Source of the DNA: Podarcis pityusensis
Lineage: Eukaryota
Length of the DNA: 64,000 bases
Strand: one strand, 5' to 3'
Assembly: GCA_964106645.2 (NCBI GenBank)
Contig: OZ067038.1
Position 1 is the first letter of the stretch. Each line of letters opens with the position of its first letter. This document shows positions 1 through 13,589 of this stretch, piece by piece. A program made the position numbers and the translations under genes. The notes below the pieces were generated by a model, which was not told the DNA's origin, searched no databases, and worked only from the letters and a program-made list of their open reading frames with translations.

Positions 1-1576
1 TGCACAGGTGGCATCCCAATCTACAAAGTGTTCATATACCCCTGAACTATGTCTGCTGCTGTTTCCCTAAGGCAGGATTCCATACCGTAGCAGTAATGCC
101 TAAATCCAGTAATCATATGCAACAGACAATTCATGTTTAACATTTCCACAGCAGCTCCATATGCCCCTGTGAGTCAAGGGCCCTGGATTGTCAATCCCCT
201 CCCTGTGCACTCTTCCCACATTATCACTGAATTTAGGGACCAATCCAAACTTTGGCAGCCAACTGCTGGCCTTTGTCGAGTGGTGAGGCCACTGGCACGT
301 CTGCAGCCCTGCCACACATGGCAGCCAGGGTAGGTGAGAGTGAGGACCAGCACAATTGCGGTGCCCGGCTGGAGCTTATGCCTTGATCAGGACTGGATTG
401 AGCCCAGTGCCACTGTGCAACAGCAGTGGGACTGGTTCGGTAGGCAGTGAACCATGGGTCAACTCAGCCTCTCCCCGCTTCTCAAATGCTTGATTTGGGT
501 GCATTTCTTTCTGGCTGCTGCCGGGGGAATTCTGCTTGCAACATTCCCACACATTTGGATGGTAGAAATGGAAGCAGAGCTGTAATGCTTCAGTCACCCT
601 AGTGGTGGCAGCAGACCTCAGTGGAGGGACAATCCAACACACTGCCCAGGCAACAGGGGTCTGCATTGTTCTGCCTGATGTTGCTTATTGTGGTGTGAGA
701 TCTGGCCCTAGGAGCCTATGAAACTTATTTAAAATAATAACTAAGATGCATCTTAGCCACCATATATCTCATGTGGCATCCAAAAGAGAGTTACTGCCTC
801 TCTTGAAAATAAGATGAATTCTAGGAAACTACCTAAGATGCATAAGGCTAAATCCGACACAGTGTTAAGTGCATTTAAGCCCACTGATTCCAATGGGTTT
901 ATGGGTGCTTAACTCTGTGCTGAATTGTGACAAGAGCGTATAACAACAGTTGCTAGTTACTAGAAACCACTGATGAGTCCATGGGGAATGTAGATGCTGG
1001 AAGACTGACAAATCTGGAAACTTCTTCTATTTTGTTTTAGTGAACAAAACGAAGAATTAGATATTGCCTAAGAGAACACTGGATGCAATTGGACAAGTTT
1101 TCTGGGACTGATAATTTAAATAAATAAGTATGTCAGTACCCTGCAGAAAACAGAGAAACGAAAATGTTTTACCAGTGCTTGGGATTAATCTGAACAAGGG
1201 ACCATTTCAACTCAGTCCAATTTTTCTTCCAGGGTACGTCCTGGAAAAGTTAACACCATTTACACCACATCCTGGTGAAGTATCTTGGCGGGTTTGGTTA
1301 CAATTAATCCACAGTGAAATCCTTGTTAAAATCTTGCTTCTAGCAATCTTCGTGTGATGTGTGAACAGACATACCAAGGATCACTGTATGTGTGCTAGTC
1401 ATGCATAGCAGCACAATCCGATACATGTCTACTCATGAGTAAACCCCACTAAGTTCAATGGTGCTCATTCCTAAGAAAGTGGTTGTAGGATTGCAGCTTA
1501 AGCAACCCAAACTGTGATGTTGAAGTGGCAGCCATGGCACTTAAGATCAAGTCCATTCTGGCTCAAATAGAGTCAT

Positions 1577-1578
<2 letters not shown>

Positions 1579-1613
<35 letters not shown>
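1579..1613. repeat. (TG)n microsatellite
   Basis: Seen directly. Confidence 0.95.
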
Positions 1614-1615
<2 letters not shown>

Positions 1616-2577
1616 CCATTGTTTATTTGCATATATTGATTATTTTAAATATCAGTAGATACAAAAATGGCTACCCATTGCACTGAAGTGACCAGACTAG
1701 TAGGCAATTCTCTCTCCACTTGCCCTATCCAGCTGGCAACTTGAGCAGAACAACACCAACCGCACTACCAGAAGGACCAAGTTGCAAGGAAAGTGTAACT
1801 TAGATACTCTTCACTTCTCATAAGACAGCCTTTCACACTTTTCGCTTTCACAGAAAACAGTCCCTTTCCTTAGGGACTTGCTAGCAAAGTATCAACGTTA
1901 GTTTTCAATAGCAAAGACTTGGAAATTTCAGTTTTTAGCAGGCATTTATGTGCAGATCTTCCCCTGGTTTGTGAAAAAGCCACACATCCATTCGCTCTCC
2001 TGTATTCCATCTACAACAACAAGGCTTACACTGGCCATAATCCTTCACAAACCTAGTTAAGCACACACAAGACCATTGATTTCAGTGGTCTTCCGTTCAC
2101 TTAACTCGGTGCTGCAGTCACAGAAATTAAGACATGGTCTGTGACTATATAGGCTATATAGGACTGATATAAAAAAGTACAGGGAAAAAGTAGAAAGCAG
2201 AGCATCCTCCAGAGGTGCCATGATTAAGAACAACTGAGACACAACTGCCCCACTGTTTCTCCCATGATGCTGGAGCAAAAGGAATAATGGAGAGATAAGA
2301 TTTCCAGAATTTTGAAGGGAATCAAAAATTTTATCTCCCTCAGATTTAAAGACATAACGATCCAAACCCTGAAATCTTGCACATACGCAAAATGATATGT
2401 GTATGACACTTTGTTATATGCTTTGGTCCTCATGCTCACATGTAAACAGGCTTCTGTGTGTGATTGTTTTGTTATTTTGTAAATTCCGCCTCCTCTAACT
2501 TTTTTAAAATAGCAAATTTAGTCTTGCATATTATGCAACAGCTTCTTGTGTACACTTTGTCAAAATTTCCAGCTAGA

Positions 2578-2580
<3 letters not shown>

Positions 2581-2617
<37 letters not shown>
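2581..2617. repeat. (AC)n microsatellite
   Basis: Seen directly. Confidence 0.95.
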
Positions 2618-2619
<2 letters not shown>

Positions 2620-4812
2620 AGATGTGTGTGTTAATTACTAATTTATAGCAGAAACAAGTTTAAAGACACACATCCCTCTGCACTGATTCTCTGCAAAGTG
2701 TCTGTAAGGAATGAATATGGCAGAGTCTTGCTGCATAACGAAACAGCAAAAGAAGGCAGACAGAGGTTGTTGTATGCTTAAGAAAAAAAACCCCCAGCAA
2801 AAACCCCCTCACTACTTTCTGGAGATAACTGCATATGTACTACTCAGCCTAACTTTGCATTTTTCTGAAAAGGTCCTGTTCCATGCAGCTGCTAGAGACA
2901 GCCACTGGAAGAATGGCGTAACTTCAGAAATAAGTATGAAAATGGTAACAACAATGGTAAAGTTGTGGTTGTACTTCTGCTGTGCATGAAATGGTCGTGC
3001 TGGAGTAGTTTGTGAGATAAAATGACATTTCCTTGATCTTTCAAAAAATATTATTTCAAACAAGTACAACATCTGACATACTGAACTGGATGGACTTAAT
3101 ATTAAATATTTTATCAGGAATATTTACTATTCAAATTATTCCAGAGGGTTTTTTTTTGGGGGGGGGGGGATATTGCTTTCACAGTTGCCTTACATACATC
3201 TCCTGAATTCTCCTAATTTGCCCTACAAATCTGTGACCCTCCAGATGATGTTGGGACTACAATTCCCATGACCCATGACCATTTGTTTTTATTTTGCAAA
3301 CTGCCTGGAGAATTTAACTGATGAGTGGCCATATACATTTAAATAAGAATACATGATAGTAATAACGAGGAGCCATGCTGCCTGGGGATGATGGGAGCTG
3401 GGAACTCAACAATAACTAGAGAGAGAAAGGTCCCCAAGCCCTCATCTACAGACGTCACTAATCTCTGCTCAGCCTACATTACCAAGGTAGCAGTTTACAT
3501 CACTTGACAACACGCTAACTCAGCTGCCTGACAGAAGCCCATTTCCTGCTAGCAATTCCCCTAGCACCTGTACATGTCTAGGGAGAAGACCATGCTGCTA
3601 GATTCTTCATAATTTCTCTCTCTCCCAAATAGGAGGAGAGGTATTGATTATGCTTGGCTACATTTTTGTGACGTCAGTGCCATCTCCAAATAGATTTCAG
3701 CTTCTAGAATTACAATCTAATCTGTAAAGTTATACTCAAAGGAAATTATCTAGGTTTCTGAACTCTCAGAACGTAGCTGTATTATAAATCACCATCATCT
3801 CCACCCCGCATCATATCTTTATGGTGGTGATACACATCTATACAGAAACTTTGGGTCACAAGGCAGAAAATAGACCTACATTGGCCAGAATACTAATTCC
3901 CATTACAAATGTCTCTCTTCTTCCATAGTCTTCTGCCTTACCAGTAATCAGACATTAGCACAAGAAGCTCAAGAGTCTTGTGAAATAGCATGAGAGAGAT
4001 TTAAAGCTCATGTACGAACATGATCCTAGAAGAGAAAGAAGAGGAATGCAAGTTTCACCCTTAGATGCCCCTCTGTGGTTAAGTTGGATTCTCACGTGGC
4101 TTTGGACCCCATGCCTTCACACGCTAAATGGAACCAGTAAACAAAAAGTGTGAAATAAAGCGCAAAAAAAGAGCTACAAGTGCTGCCGAGAAGGGTAAAA
4201 GAACGTGCATGTGTTTTTGAACAATGAGCTGATCAATTTATTCAGGAAGATCAGAGGCAAAAGGAAGTGCAGAAAAAGCAGGCAGAAGAAAGGCAGAAGG
4301 AGAATGGATACTGAGCTGTTTTCACAGAGGAATATAGAAGACAACCAGGAACCAAGAACATCAGTACTATTTATGTAAAAATGCAAAGCACTTGGCAAAA
4401 TTCTTAAAGGAGATTTATACTTTTAATATTATGTATTTTAATCTTAATACAGGGTCTATACTTGTCTAATTCCCCTTTGCATTTTCAAACACTCTCAATC
4501 ATCTGGGTTGCCCTTCTTTAAAATACAAAGAAGGCTGACCTTTGTCGCTACTATATTAATCAGAATTCTTAGATGGAATATCAATGGGGTCTACGAGAAA
4601 TCTTTGTGAAAGTATTCCCGGGAGCTGAAAGCAGGAGAACCTGGGATTGATGTATTCAGCACTTTCATTTGTTTTTACCATGGTACCCATGTTGGGAATG
4701 AAATAAATGTCCTGTTAGTGGCGGGGCAGGGGGGAGCGGGTAGAGGGAATCAAACTGCTGGCCCTTGGACAATTTTGTCTGCTGATTTGCAAACAACCAG
4801 GGGCCAGGTAAT

Positions 4813-5028
4813 CACTGTTGACACTTAACATGAGTTATCTTTCACCACAGAACTTCAAGGATACATGCAATAACCCCCCCCCCCCTTTTTACACAATTTG
4901 CTATTCATTAAAGCCCATCTACTGATGCATTAAAGGAAAGGATGAATTGTGTAAAAAAAAAGGGAGGTTATTGCATGTATCCTTGAAGTTCTGTGGTGAA
5001 AGATAACTCATGTTAAGTGTCAACAGTG
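4813..5028. repeat. Inverted repeat with ~85-bp arms (outer 63 bp perfectly complementary) and a 46-bp spacer
   Basis: 4813-4875 is the exact reverse complement of 4966-5028; the inner arms differ only in homopolymer runs. Confidence 0.95.
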
Positions 5029-5173
5029 CTTTTTTTCTGGGGGAACACAGGGGTACACATACCCCTAAACATTTTGTGAATCTAAGTTTGGCCTCATTGA
5101 GGGGGGCAGCATTTCAATATGAGTAGGAAAATGAGAGTACCCCTAAATATATTTTTTTAGAAAAAAAGCACTG
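5024..5173. mobile_element. hAT-type MITE with 8-bp TSD AGTGTCAA
   Basis: Terminal inverted repeats CAGTGCTTTTTTT/AAAAAAAGCACTG; AGTGTCAA at 5016-5023 and 5174-5181. Confidence 0.88.
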
Positions 5174-6235
5174 AGTGTCAACCACTGTGAAACTGTCATG
5201 TTGGTCACCACAACTAGGTTTTGTAGTGCTGTTCAGTGCAGTGCAGTGCAGTGGAAAAACTCAGTTTATAGGTATTTAGACTCATGTGACACATTAGTCG
5301 TGTGTCAGTACACTATGAGTGTAAGTCAATAAAGTTTTACTCAGAGGAGACTCAATGAAAGGAACATGACTAAGTTATGTCCATTCATTTCAATGGGTCC
5401 ACTCTGGGTAAAACTCAGCTGGCTACCACTCTGTGCATGTGTTTTCCTTCTTCTACATTATAAGATCTTTGAAGCAACACTTGTTTTCTGTTATGCACGC
5501 AGAATACTTGTCCGCAAGAGTATACTGTAGCTATGCTGGGGCTGGAACACATTAACAGAATGTGTTTGAATCCCTTTGCTTGAGAAGTTGTAGCCTAGAA
5601 ACCCAGCTTGGATTACTGGAAAGTCATTGAAATATCAGAATATGTTAGAGAGGAATGCACTCTCTTGAATAAGCTGGTCTGATAACACTAACCAACCTTC
5701 TGAATAGAAATGCATAAGGATAAGTAGTTCCAAAGAGCAGAGGATAAAAAGAATCATAGCTACAAGGATCAGTTTATGAGAAAACGGAAGTGATGGATGT
5801 TGCCTGAGTATCAGATAAGGAGGCAAATACTTGGATACAAAGGAAGTGCCAAAGTCCCAAGGAAGCAGATTAATACCAGCCAATTCATGAATGTAGCAGA
5901 GATGCTACTTAAGGCCACAAGGAAAGCACTGCAACCGAATGTAGTCCAAAACAGAAGTTTCAAAGTATGAAAGAAGACAGTATCCAGATGGAGAGTGTAA
6001 TAGACACTAGTTCTAAATATATTCACCATTTGTTAGGAAGCTATTGTGGCACAGCAAGATCAATGTTGCAGGCAACTTTGCCGAAGAAGCCAACATATTT
6101 TCTTTTGCTTCGGTCAAGTAAGAGAAATGATGCGCCTGCCTTCCTTTTGATGCCATATACATGGATATATCAAGAGAAAAGATGGTGATGTTATTCAAAT
6201 TTTGTTTGGAAGTTGATGATGTTAGAAACTTGAAT

Positions 6236-6403
6236 GGGAAGGGTCATGGCTCAGTGGCAGTACAACTGCTTTGCATTCAGAAGGCTCCACATTCAATCTT
6301 CAAGGAGATTCCTGTTTGAAACCCTGGAGGCCTGCTGCCAATCAGCATAGACAATACTGAGCTGATAGACCAATGGCCTGACTCAGTATAGGGCAGTTTC
6401 CTT
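6236..6403 (+). mobile_element. tRNA-derived SINE (Squam3-like) fragment
   Basis: A-box-like head tggctcagtggcag and the typical squamate SINE tail (gaaaccctggag...gacaatactgagct...gactcagtatagggcagtttcct). Confidence 0.6.
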
Positions 6404-6954
6404 TCAGAGGCTCCACCTTACCCTCAAAAATGCAAGTGGAAACCCCTCCTTAACTTTAGCTAAACCCTTAAGGTCATATCTCCCTCTAACAGACCAACAC
6501 GTTTTTTTTAAAAAAATCACTTGTCCTTGAGGTATTTGGACATAAATAAGATCACAGCAAGAAAATAGTCTATGCTTTTCTCATGAGAAAAGTTTTGCTC
6601 ACTCTCTGGTTTTGTTCACTGTAAATGCCTGCTCTTAGGAAACATGTCATATTTCACTGAAAAGATGATTGGGGAGGGAGGTGTTGTCAATTTCAAAACA
6701 AAACAACCATCCCACAACAGTCCAATTTTTACTTCTGGTATTATTCCTATATCCATAAATTTTCCAGAAACCTCAGTGTATCTCTGTTACCACTCTTTCA
6801 GCTCTTCCCTTAAGGCCCCTTATCAGCATTCATTAGTAAGGAATTATAAGCACAAAGAAATGATGCCAAAGTCTGATACACTGTTGGGAGAGCTCAACTC
6901 TGACCAGGGCCAACGGGCCTCCTTTATGATGAGAAGTCTTGTGGTGGCCACTGT

Positions 6955-7095
6955 TTCCATTTCTGGTTTCCCCACCTCACAAATGATGATACAGAGTTAG
7001 AAAAGGTATTGAAAAGGGCACATAAAATAATGGCAAGATAGGGACACCTTCCCTAAGAAGAACGGCTAAAGCATTTTGAGTATTCAAACTTAAAA
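6955..7095 (+). mobile_element. Degenerate CR1 LINE ORF2 fragment
   Basis: Encodes an ELEKV..RA.K..I...HLP.EERLK-like CR1 ORF2 C-terminal motif with disruptions. Confidence 0.55.
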
Positions 7096-8283
7096 TGTCT
7101 AGGACAGGAGAGGGAACTTTTTTTGACTCCATGGGCCAGTTCCTTATCAGGATCAGTCTTGTGGGTCAAATGTGACAGGCGGATGGGATCACCCACCTGT
7201 CAATTTTGTGATAATAACCATGATTGAGAGAGTGGGCAGCCACACTCACCTGTTAAAATCCCTTGCTGGAGAGCTGTTAAAATGCAGGGCAGGGGAGGTG
7301 CTTTGGAAAGCAGTTTGGCAGTTTAGCCCCTGCTCAGCATGCACCTCTCAGGGAAAGGGATAAAGAAGCCCTTTCCCAAGGAACAGCCTTCTTTAAGGGG
7401 TCTTTCCCCCCTCCTCTTGGGAGGCATGACTTCTTTGTGCGGTGATCCAGAAAAATGCTGGGTCTGTGTGATTCAGCTGCAACCACCTCTTTCCAAGGGA
7501 AACGCACACGCAGCGAAAGCAAGCAGACTAGGCATTTTTCTGCTGTGTTCTTTGGCTGTGTGTGCCTGTTCTGAAGAGTGAGCAGGCGCACTTGACCAAA
7601 CTAAGCATGATTTGTCCACTGCATGTCAGCTGTTAAGTGGGGGTTAAATCCTACAGTGCAGAATTGTGCCAAATGACACTAGGCAATGGTAAATGTTCTT
7701 ACACCCAGTGGCTAAACTAGAAACAGAAATCTACAAGTGAATGGCACCGTTTTCTAATTTCAGACACCCTTTCCTCAATATGCTATAGGCTCAACAGTAC
7801 AGGAATTGCAGAAAGGCCCTGTGACATGTGTCAGGGAGCCATTACAAAGCACACCCTCTTGAGCACCTGGGAGCATCAGACCTCCTTCACATTTTGTTTC
7901 CCACAACCAACATGGGTGGTGAACACCAGCACACCCAGGCTGCTGTGCAAAGTGTGAACTGACTCTTAGTAAATTTGCAAGTCATTTCTGAGGGAATATA
8001 TTTTAAGGAATTCTACAAAGGTTTCATTTGTGTAAGTTGGATCCAGCTGCTAAGTATCTGAAAATCTGACCCAAGGCATTCACTGTGACATTGAAACCAG
8101 TAACACCAAGGAAAATGTCAGGATTTAAAAACAAAACAAAACTCCTCATTGGTAGCCATTCTACACTGTAGAGCAATTGTAACAAAACCCCTTTCTGTCC
8201 ATCGCAATGAGTTGCTTAAAACATAGTAAATTTAGGCCAGCACTGCGTTTCCAATAGTGATCAATTCCTAATGCACTATAAAA

Positions 8284-8427
8284 GGCACTCATCTCAGTTT
8301 ACTGGCTGAGGGAGCTGGCGTACAGCTTCCGGGTCATGTGGCCAGCATGACTAGCCGCTTCTGGCGAACCAGAGCAGCGCACGGAAACATCGTTTACCTT
8401 CCCACCAGAGCGGTACCTATTTATCTA
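8284..8427 (-). mobile_element. Sauria SINE internal/3' fragment
   Basis: Matches the recalled Sauria SINE body (tagataaataggtaccgct...ggttcgccagaagcggc...gctggccacatgacccggaagctgtacgcc). Confidence 0.85.
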
Positions 8428-11400
8428 TGAAGCATTAATAAATCACTTTGTTCTCTGTTGTTCACTCCAGCAATTTAAGGTCAAGGAATACAGTGAGCGT
8501 GTCTTGTCCTGAACTTCTTGTCCTGAACTTTGAAAAGACCACTACTCTTGTCTTGTTTACATAGTCACTTGAAGCAACGCCTAATTGGCAGACATGGTCA
8601 CATTTGCTTACAGCATCAAGGAGTAATTCAAAGTCTACATAAAACTGAAAGAAAGACTATCCAGAATCCATATACCTCCTTATTGTCACCAGGATACAAG
8701 CCAATGAAAAGAATACTGTGGCTCACTGTAGTAACTCATTTGGGCTGAGCCAAAGGAAGCACAAGGTGATCGGGACAACTCAGAAGTAATAAGCATGGAG
8801 GAGCAGCTTATTCTGATCTGTAAGATTCCCTCTGTAAGCTAAATTGGAACAATGGTATTTATATAGGGTAACAACTACAATTTAACACCCTTCAAAACAG
8901 TTTGGAAATCATCAGTTAAGTAAGGAAGTCCTGGCTATGCTGACTATACTTCCAAAGATGAAAAAGAATCTAACTGTGGAAGGATGTGTGGATCCAGAAT
9001 TGGCCTCCAAAGTCACTTACGGACACACCGTTAAGACCGTGCTCATGGAAGACAATCTTACTCAGCCACGAGTGATTGCCAAAGAAGAGAGAAATAGAAG
9101 GACACTCACAGCAGGAAACTGCCAATAAAGATAGTTGGATTAGAAAAAATATAACAGGACACCTCTTAGCCATGAAGTGTTCCTTCACAACTGAAATAAC
9201 AGATGTGCATACCAGCCAACAAGCTCAGCCGTCACTTTTTCCAACTCCTATGCTTCTGGCCGCTTTTTCATTTTAAAAGTGCTGAATAAAGAATTAAAGC
9301 GTTTATCTATTCATTTCTCCAAAAGTAGTGAAACTTCCTTAAAAGTGCAAAACTATTCCAACCAGGGGAAGAACTGATGGTGACACTGTGGGGTGGGATG
9401 AGGCATCCAATCTGCGCAGTGCATAGCGTGCAGAACTCAGCCCTAGAGAGGAACATGAATGCTTCAAGAGAATACAGGGACCCCAAACCTAACCACTCTA
9501 TGCCTGCTATATCTGCCTTCTTCCACATTCCACATTTTCCACACTTCTTGTTCTTCCCTCTTTTCTTATTCTCCTTAAGAGAGTATCTTCAGGTGTACTT
9601 TCTCCCAGATGCTTTGGGATTTCCACAGAATACAGCATGCTGTATTATTCATGCCTGTTCATTAACTTATAATATTTATTTTTTAAAGGTGGATCTCATT
9701 AGTGTCACAATGACGATTATGTCACTATACCTGTGTTCCATGGCAAAGTGACAAAGGCAGCAACCCATGTCTAATAGCTAGCCAATGGCAGCACAATGTC
9801 CATTTTACTCTTAGTGCTTCAAGAATCACGAAGTAGATCTTAGGTTTCTATGTAGCTAGAGCAAACAGGAGCAATTCAGCAGAACTGTTTCACATCAATA
9901 GCTCTCTGTTGCTGAAGCTCATGGGTGGGAAACCTGGAAGCCTGTAGGTCTGATTTGGCCACTAAGGCCATCCTCATCCCAACGCACCCACCTGTTACTC
10001 ACCTGATGTCGCATGAGAGCCACGGCTGCTAAGCAACTATTGGGAACCTTAGGGTGTGCTTCCATTGTTCCTTTGCAAGTGCAGCCTGTATCGAGTCCAG
10101 TTTAAATTTTGCAACGGTGTCATATGTCATCAGGTGATTGACAGCTGCATAGCTCTGCCCATCTGACAAATGTGGTTGGTGCACTGGGCATAACTAGATC
10201 GCGCCTGCCACCTGAAAATGGATCCTCACAACTGCTGAAGTCAATTGGTGATTGCTCTGGGTTGGTGCACCATGCTTGTGCTAGCTGCTGATTTCTTCCA
10301 CAAATGGCTGCTCTAGGTTGTGCCCTTTGAGCAGAAGCTGCAGTTCTGTACACTAGCACGGCAGCAGCAGCAGCAGCAGTAGCAGCAAGGGTCACTGTCT
10401 CCTGGCCTTGCTCCTGTGCCTCTAACAGGAGCCTGCCAGTGTCATGCAGAAATTTAGCAGCTGAAATATTTGCTGGCATGGAGGTAAGTGTTGTGGAAAG
10501 CTTTGCCTTCTTTATTTCTGCCGTAAAAGAAACAGGAGCAGGGCTAGGGAGTGGCAGGGCGATGAGTGGCAACCCCAGTAGCAGAGTTGGGTAGTGCTGT
10601 GTAAAACTGTGGCTTCTGTTGGGATGAGTGAATCAGAGAGCCACATGCCCTTGTCTTCATTCTGACTGATCAGTTTGAATTATTATGGGGTTTTAGTGCT
10701 GCATTTCTGCATGGTGGTGGAGCGTTCCACTTGGTGATTACTTACACAAATTCTGAATGTTACCCTTTGCTAAACAGATGACTGCTTCACCCCAATTCTG
10801 TGCCTCTGAAAGAATCCCCATGGCTCCTTTATGGGCAGGGAGCAATTCTCTCAAGTTATCCTAGGCAAGTCACTTCACAATGGGGCAGGCAGAAGCTGAG
10901 CCTCATTGGCTGAGTCTCTTTGCAAGGGAGGGAGGGGTCACTCCCTGGTCCCCACTTTTTCAGGAGAGGGAGGGGGCTTGGGGAGGGGGCTTCTTCCCAC
11001 CCTCCACCAGCCCACTCGCCTGTTCTCATGATGGCAGGCCGTTGTGACTCTTGGACAGGCTAGCTGGGGCTGGGCCAAACTGCAGCACACTCATTTGCCA
11101 CATACTATTGGGGGTCCCTGCTTGCTTCTTGTTTCTGTATAAGGCGGACATGTGAGGTGAATCCCCACTTTGGAAAACAGGTACTGGAGCATTCATTGGG
11201 TATCTGCCACAGCAATAATTAAGGACAGAAACTGAAGGCCTCCCTGTCCAGTGGCCAACTGGCCATATCAATTTTCTCTGTTGGCTCTCCCTGACAAAAG
11301 AGCACCTTCTGTCCTTCTGAGCACCCTAACTTAAGAAGGATATTGACAAGCTGGAAGGTATGCAGAGGAAAGCAACCAAGATTACGTACAACAGAAAAAT

Positions 11401-11923
11401 GGTATGCAGCCCAATCCAGATCGGGGCCAGCTACTTTCTTTCTAAAAACAAAGGAGGTTGACTTAAGCATGCTTGTGTTAAAACACTTGATTAATGTCAT
11501 CTGTAGTTGGGTCCTCAGTCTCTGTTCTGAGTTGCCATATTCTATTTTTGGAAAGAACTATAGAAAGAAAGGAGATAATTTTGGTGATAGAGGAGTAGAG
11601 AGAACAGGGATTAAGTATGAGTCTCTCAAGCCAAGGAGGATGAGCTGTTCAGTGGAAATTTGTTCACTTTACAGTTGTAGGCCTCACAGTTTGTTTCCAT
11701 CAAAAGCAAAACAGTGAGTTGGGCTGCAGTTAAGCTTATTTACAGTAGCTAAGGATGCAACCACCGGATGAGATATTTCATTTGTAGTGGGAGCAAGAGA
11801 GGAATTTCCCTAGGAACAGTGGGGTGAGACTGATGGAATGAAGGCAGAACCTTGTTGTCCTCTTTTCAGCATGAGCTGGGGGTGGGAGGGGGGAGCCAGG
11901 CAGTAGCACAGCAGAGAGGCAAG

Positions 11924-11931
11924 TTATACGG
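11924..11931 (-). CDS. BRSK2: Candidate alternative last exon of BRSK2, coding part only: (A)V*
   Basis: Textbook acceptor: ctctgac branch point, pyrimidine tract, then ttctgcag|CC GTA TAA, 360 nt downstream of the exon ~19 donor. Confidence 0.5.
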
Positions 11932-12290
11932 CTGCAGAACAGAGAAAGGTTGATTTGAAAGTGAAGTCAGAGTAAAGGCTTAAAAGCATGTATAACATCA
12001 CCAGACATCTTTTTTGGGGGGTGGGGTGGGGTGGAAGAGGTAGTGTGAGAACAGGAATTTGCAAGACTGTGGAACCACGGATGCAGTGGTTGTGCAACAT
12101 GGCAGGTCTGCGCACACGTGGAGGAAAAAACTGAGTGATGTGTGTGTTCAAAAGGCAAGCAAGAGGTAAAGTGGGTGGTCATAAAGAGTGTCCAGAAAAG
12201 GGAGAAGGGAAAGGGTAGTCAGGTAGTCAGGTTGTTCAGTGGAGGCTGGGGGCTGGTGGGGGGGAGAGGAGGTGGAAGGGAAGTTCTTAC

Positions 12291-12338
12291 CACATTTGGA
12301 AAGTCTCCCAGTCATCAACTCCATACAGTTAGTGGTGT
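12291..12338 (-). CDS. BRSK2: BRSK2 cassette exon (~exon 19, 48 nt, phase 1/1): (D)TTNCMELMTGRLSKC
   Basis: Acceptor cttacgatctag|ACAC, donor TGTG|gtaaga; lies inside ORF 12148..12426. Confidence 0.93.
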
Positions 12339-13348
12339 CTAGATCGTAAGAGTGGAAAGAGGAAGGAGGGAAAACAATATAAAAAATCGTTTCCAGATCT
12401 CTTCGTAGAAGGCAGTAATGTAGCAATTTTTTTTCCTGGAGCAGAAACTATATATGGGATTGGCATTTCTACACTTAGTTGAGAGTCTTCCTAAACTCAT
12501 GATAGAAGGTTGTTGTTGTTTTTTGAATCAATCATGTAACACAGAGCAAACACTTTCTCCTCCCTATCGCTGCCGTATATTTAATATATGTGTTACAATG
12601 AATGTCCAAGATTTGGTGACTTTTACATCCTGGCTACCTCAGACAAATTTTGTGAAAAATATCAAAAAATCTAAAGGCCCACAAGTGAATTCTGAGAGCT
12701 AATCAAATGTCAGCATTTACTTGGGTATGTCTGAAAGATGAGGGAAATACAACAAATGACAACTAGGACTGGCTTCATTCCCACATGAATGCTGACATTT
12801 GCCAAATTTCATACATTCACTGTAAAACCTACAGAAAGAAAAATAAAATACTTTGCAACATAGAAATCCCTGGAAAAGGCTGTTCAGCTAGATCAAATGT
12901 GTGAGTCCATTATGATGACTCATAGCACTATGAACATCATTGTCACTAAAATAAAAGCAAAGTGTTATTCTACATGTACTCAAGATGCCAAGCTATCTTC
13001 TCTCACTACTACCTCATCCACCTCGGGAGCTATAAATGCTATGATATCTTGGGCTTCTCCAGACAACTTATTTTATCCCTTAAAACATTCATAGCCTGCT
13101 TCTTCTAAGAGTTTATGGCAGCTAGTAAAATGGAAAGAATTACAAAAGAGTGAAAAAAAGTATATTTATTTATTTAAAACTACCTCCAAAAAGTTCTTCC
13201 TATTGCTAGCAATAAAGTAATGCAGTTTCCACTTGGCGCCAGCAGTAATAATAGCATCCCCCATGAAAAGGGTTGGGGCTATCCCTCTTTCAAAGGAGGG
13301 GGCAGTAATTCCCCTACTTGCAGAGCTGTGTTTTGGGAGAAGGGATTA

Positions 13349-13589
13349 CAGTGGAACCTAGGTTGTCAAACGTAATTCGTTCCAGAAGACTGTTCAACTT
13401 CCGAAATGTTTGACAACAGAGGCGCAATTGCTGGTCGGCAAATTCCTTTGAAAAAATGGAGAAATGTGCCTTGGAAGCCATTCGACTTCCGAGGCGCTTT
13501 CGAAAACAGAAGCATTCACTTCCAGGTTGTCGGTGTTCGGGTTCCGAATTGTTTGGCTTCTGAAGCGTTCGACAACCGAGGGTCTACTG
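13349..13589. mobile_element. Tc1/mariner-pogo (Tigger-like) MITE with TA TSD
   Basis: TA|CAGTGGAACCTAGGTTGTCAAACG ... CGTTCGACAACCGAGGGTCTACTG|TA; imperfect 24-bp terminal inverted repeats. Confidence 0.85.

Noticed and set aside
4092-4320. Pyrimidine-rich tract with candidate last exon ACEGMGSKAT* (4092-4123)
   Set aside because: Several competing AGs and no similarity to recalled BRSK2 C-termini (GSPLSNFF.../GIIPKS), which were not found anywhere in the window and probably lie beyond position 1.
11026-11203. Acceptor gtggcag|ATACC and the 81-aa ORF
   Set aside because: In the BRSK2 phase it gives only DTQ*; the longer ORF is in another frame and unrecognised.
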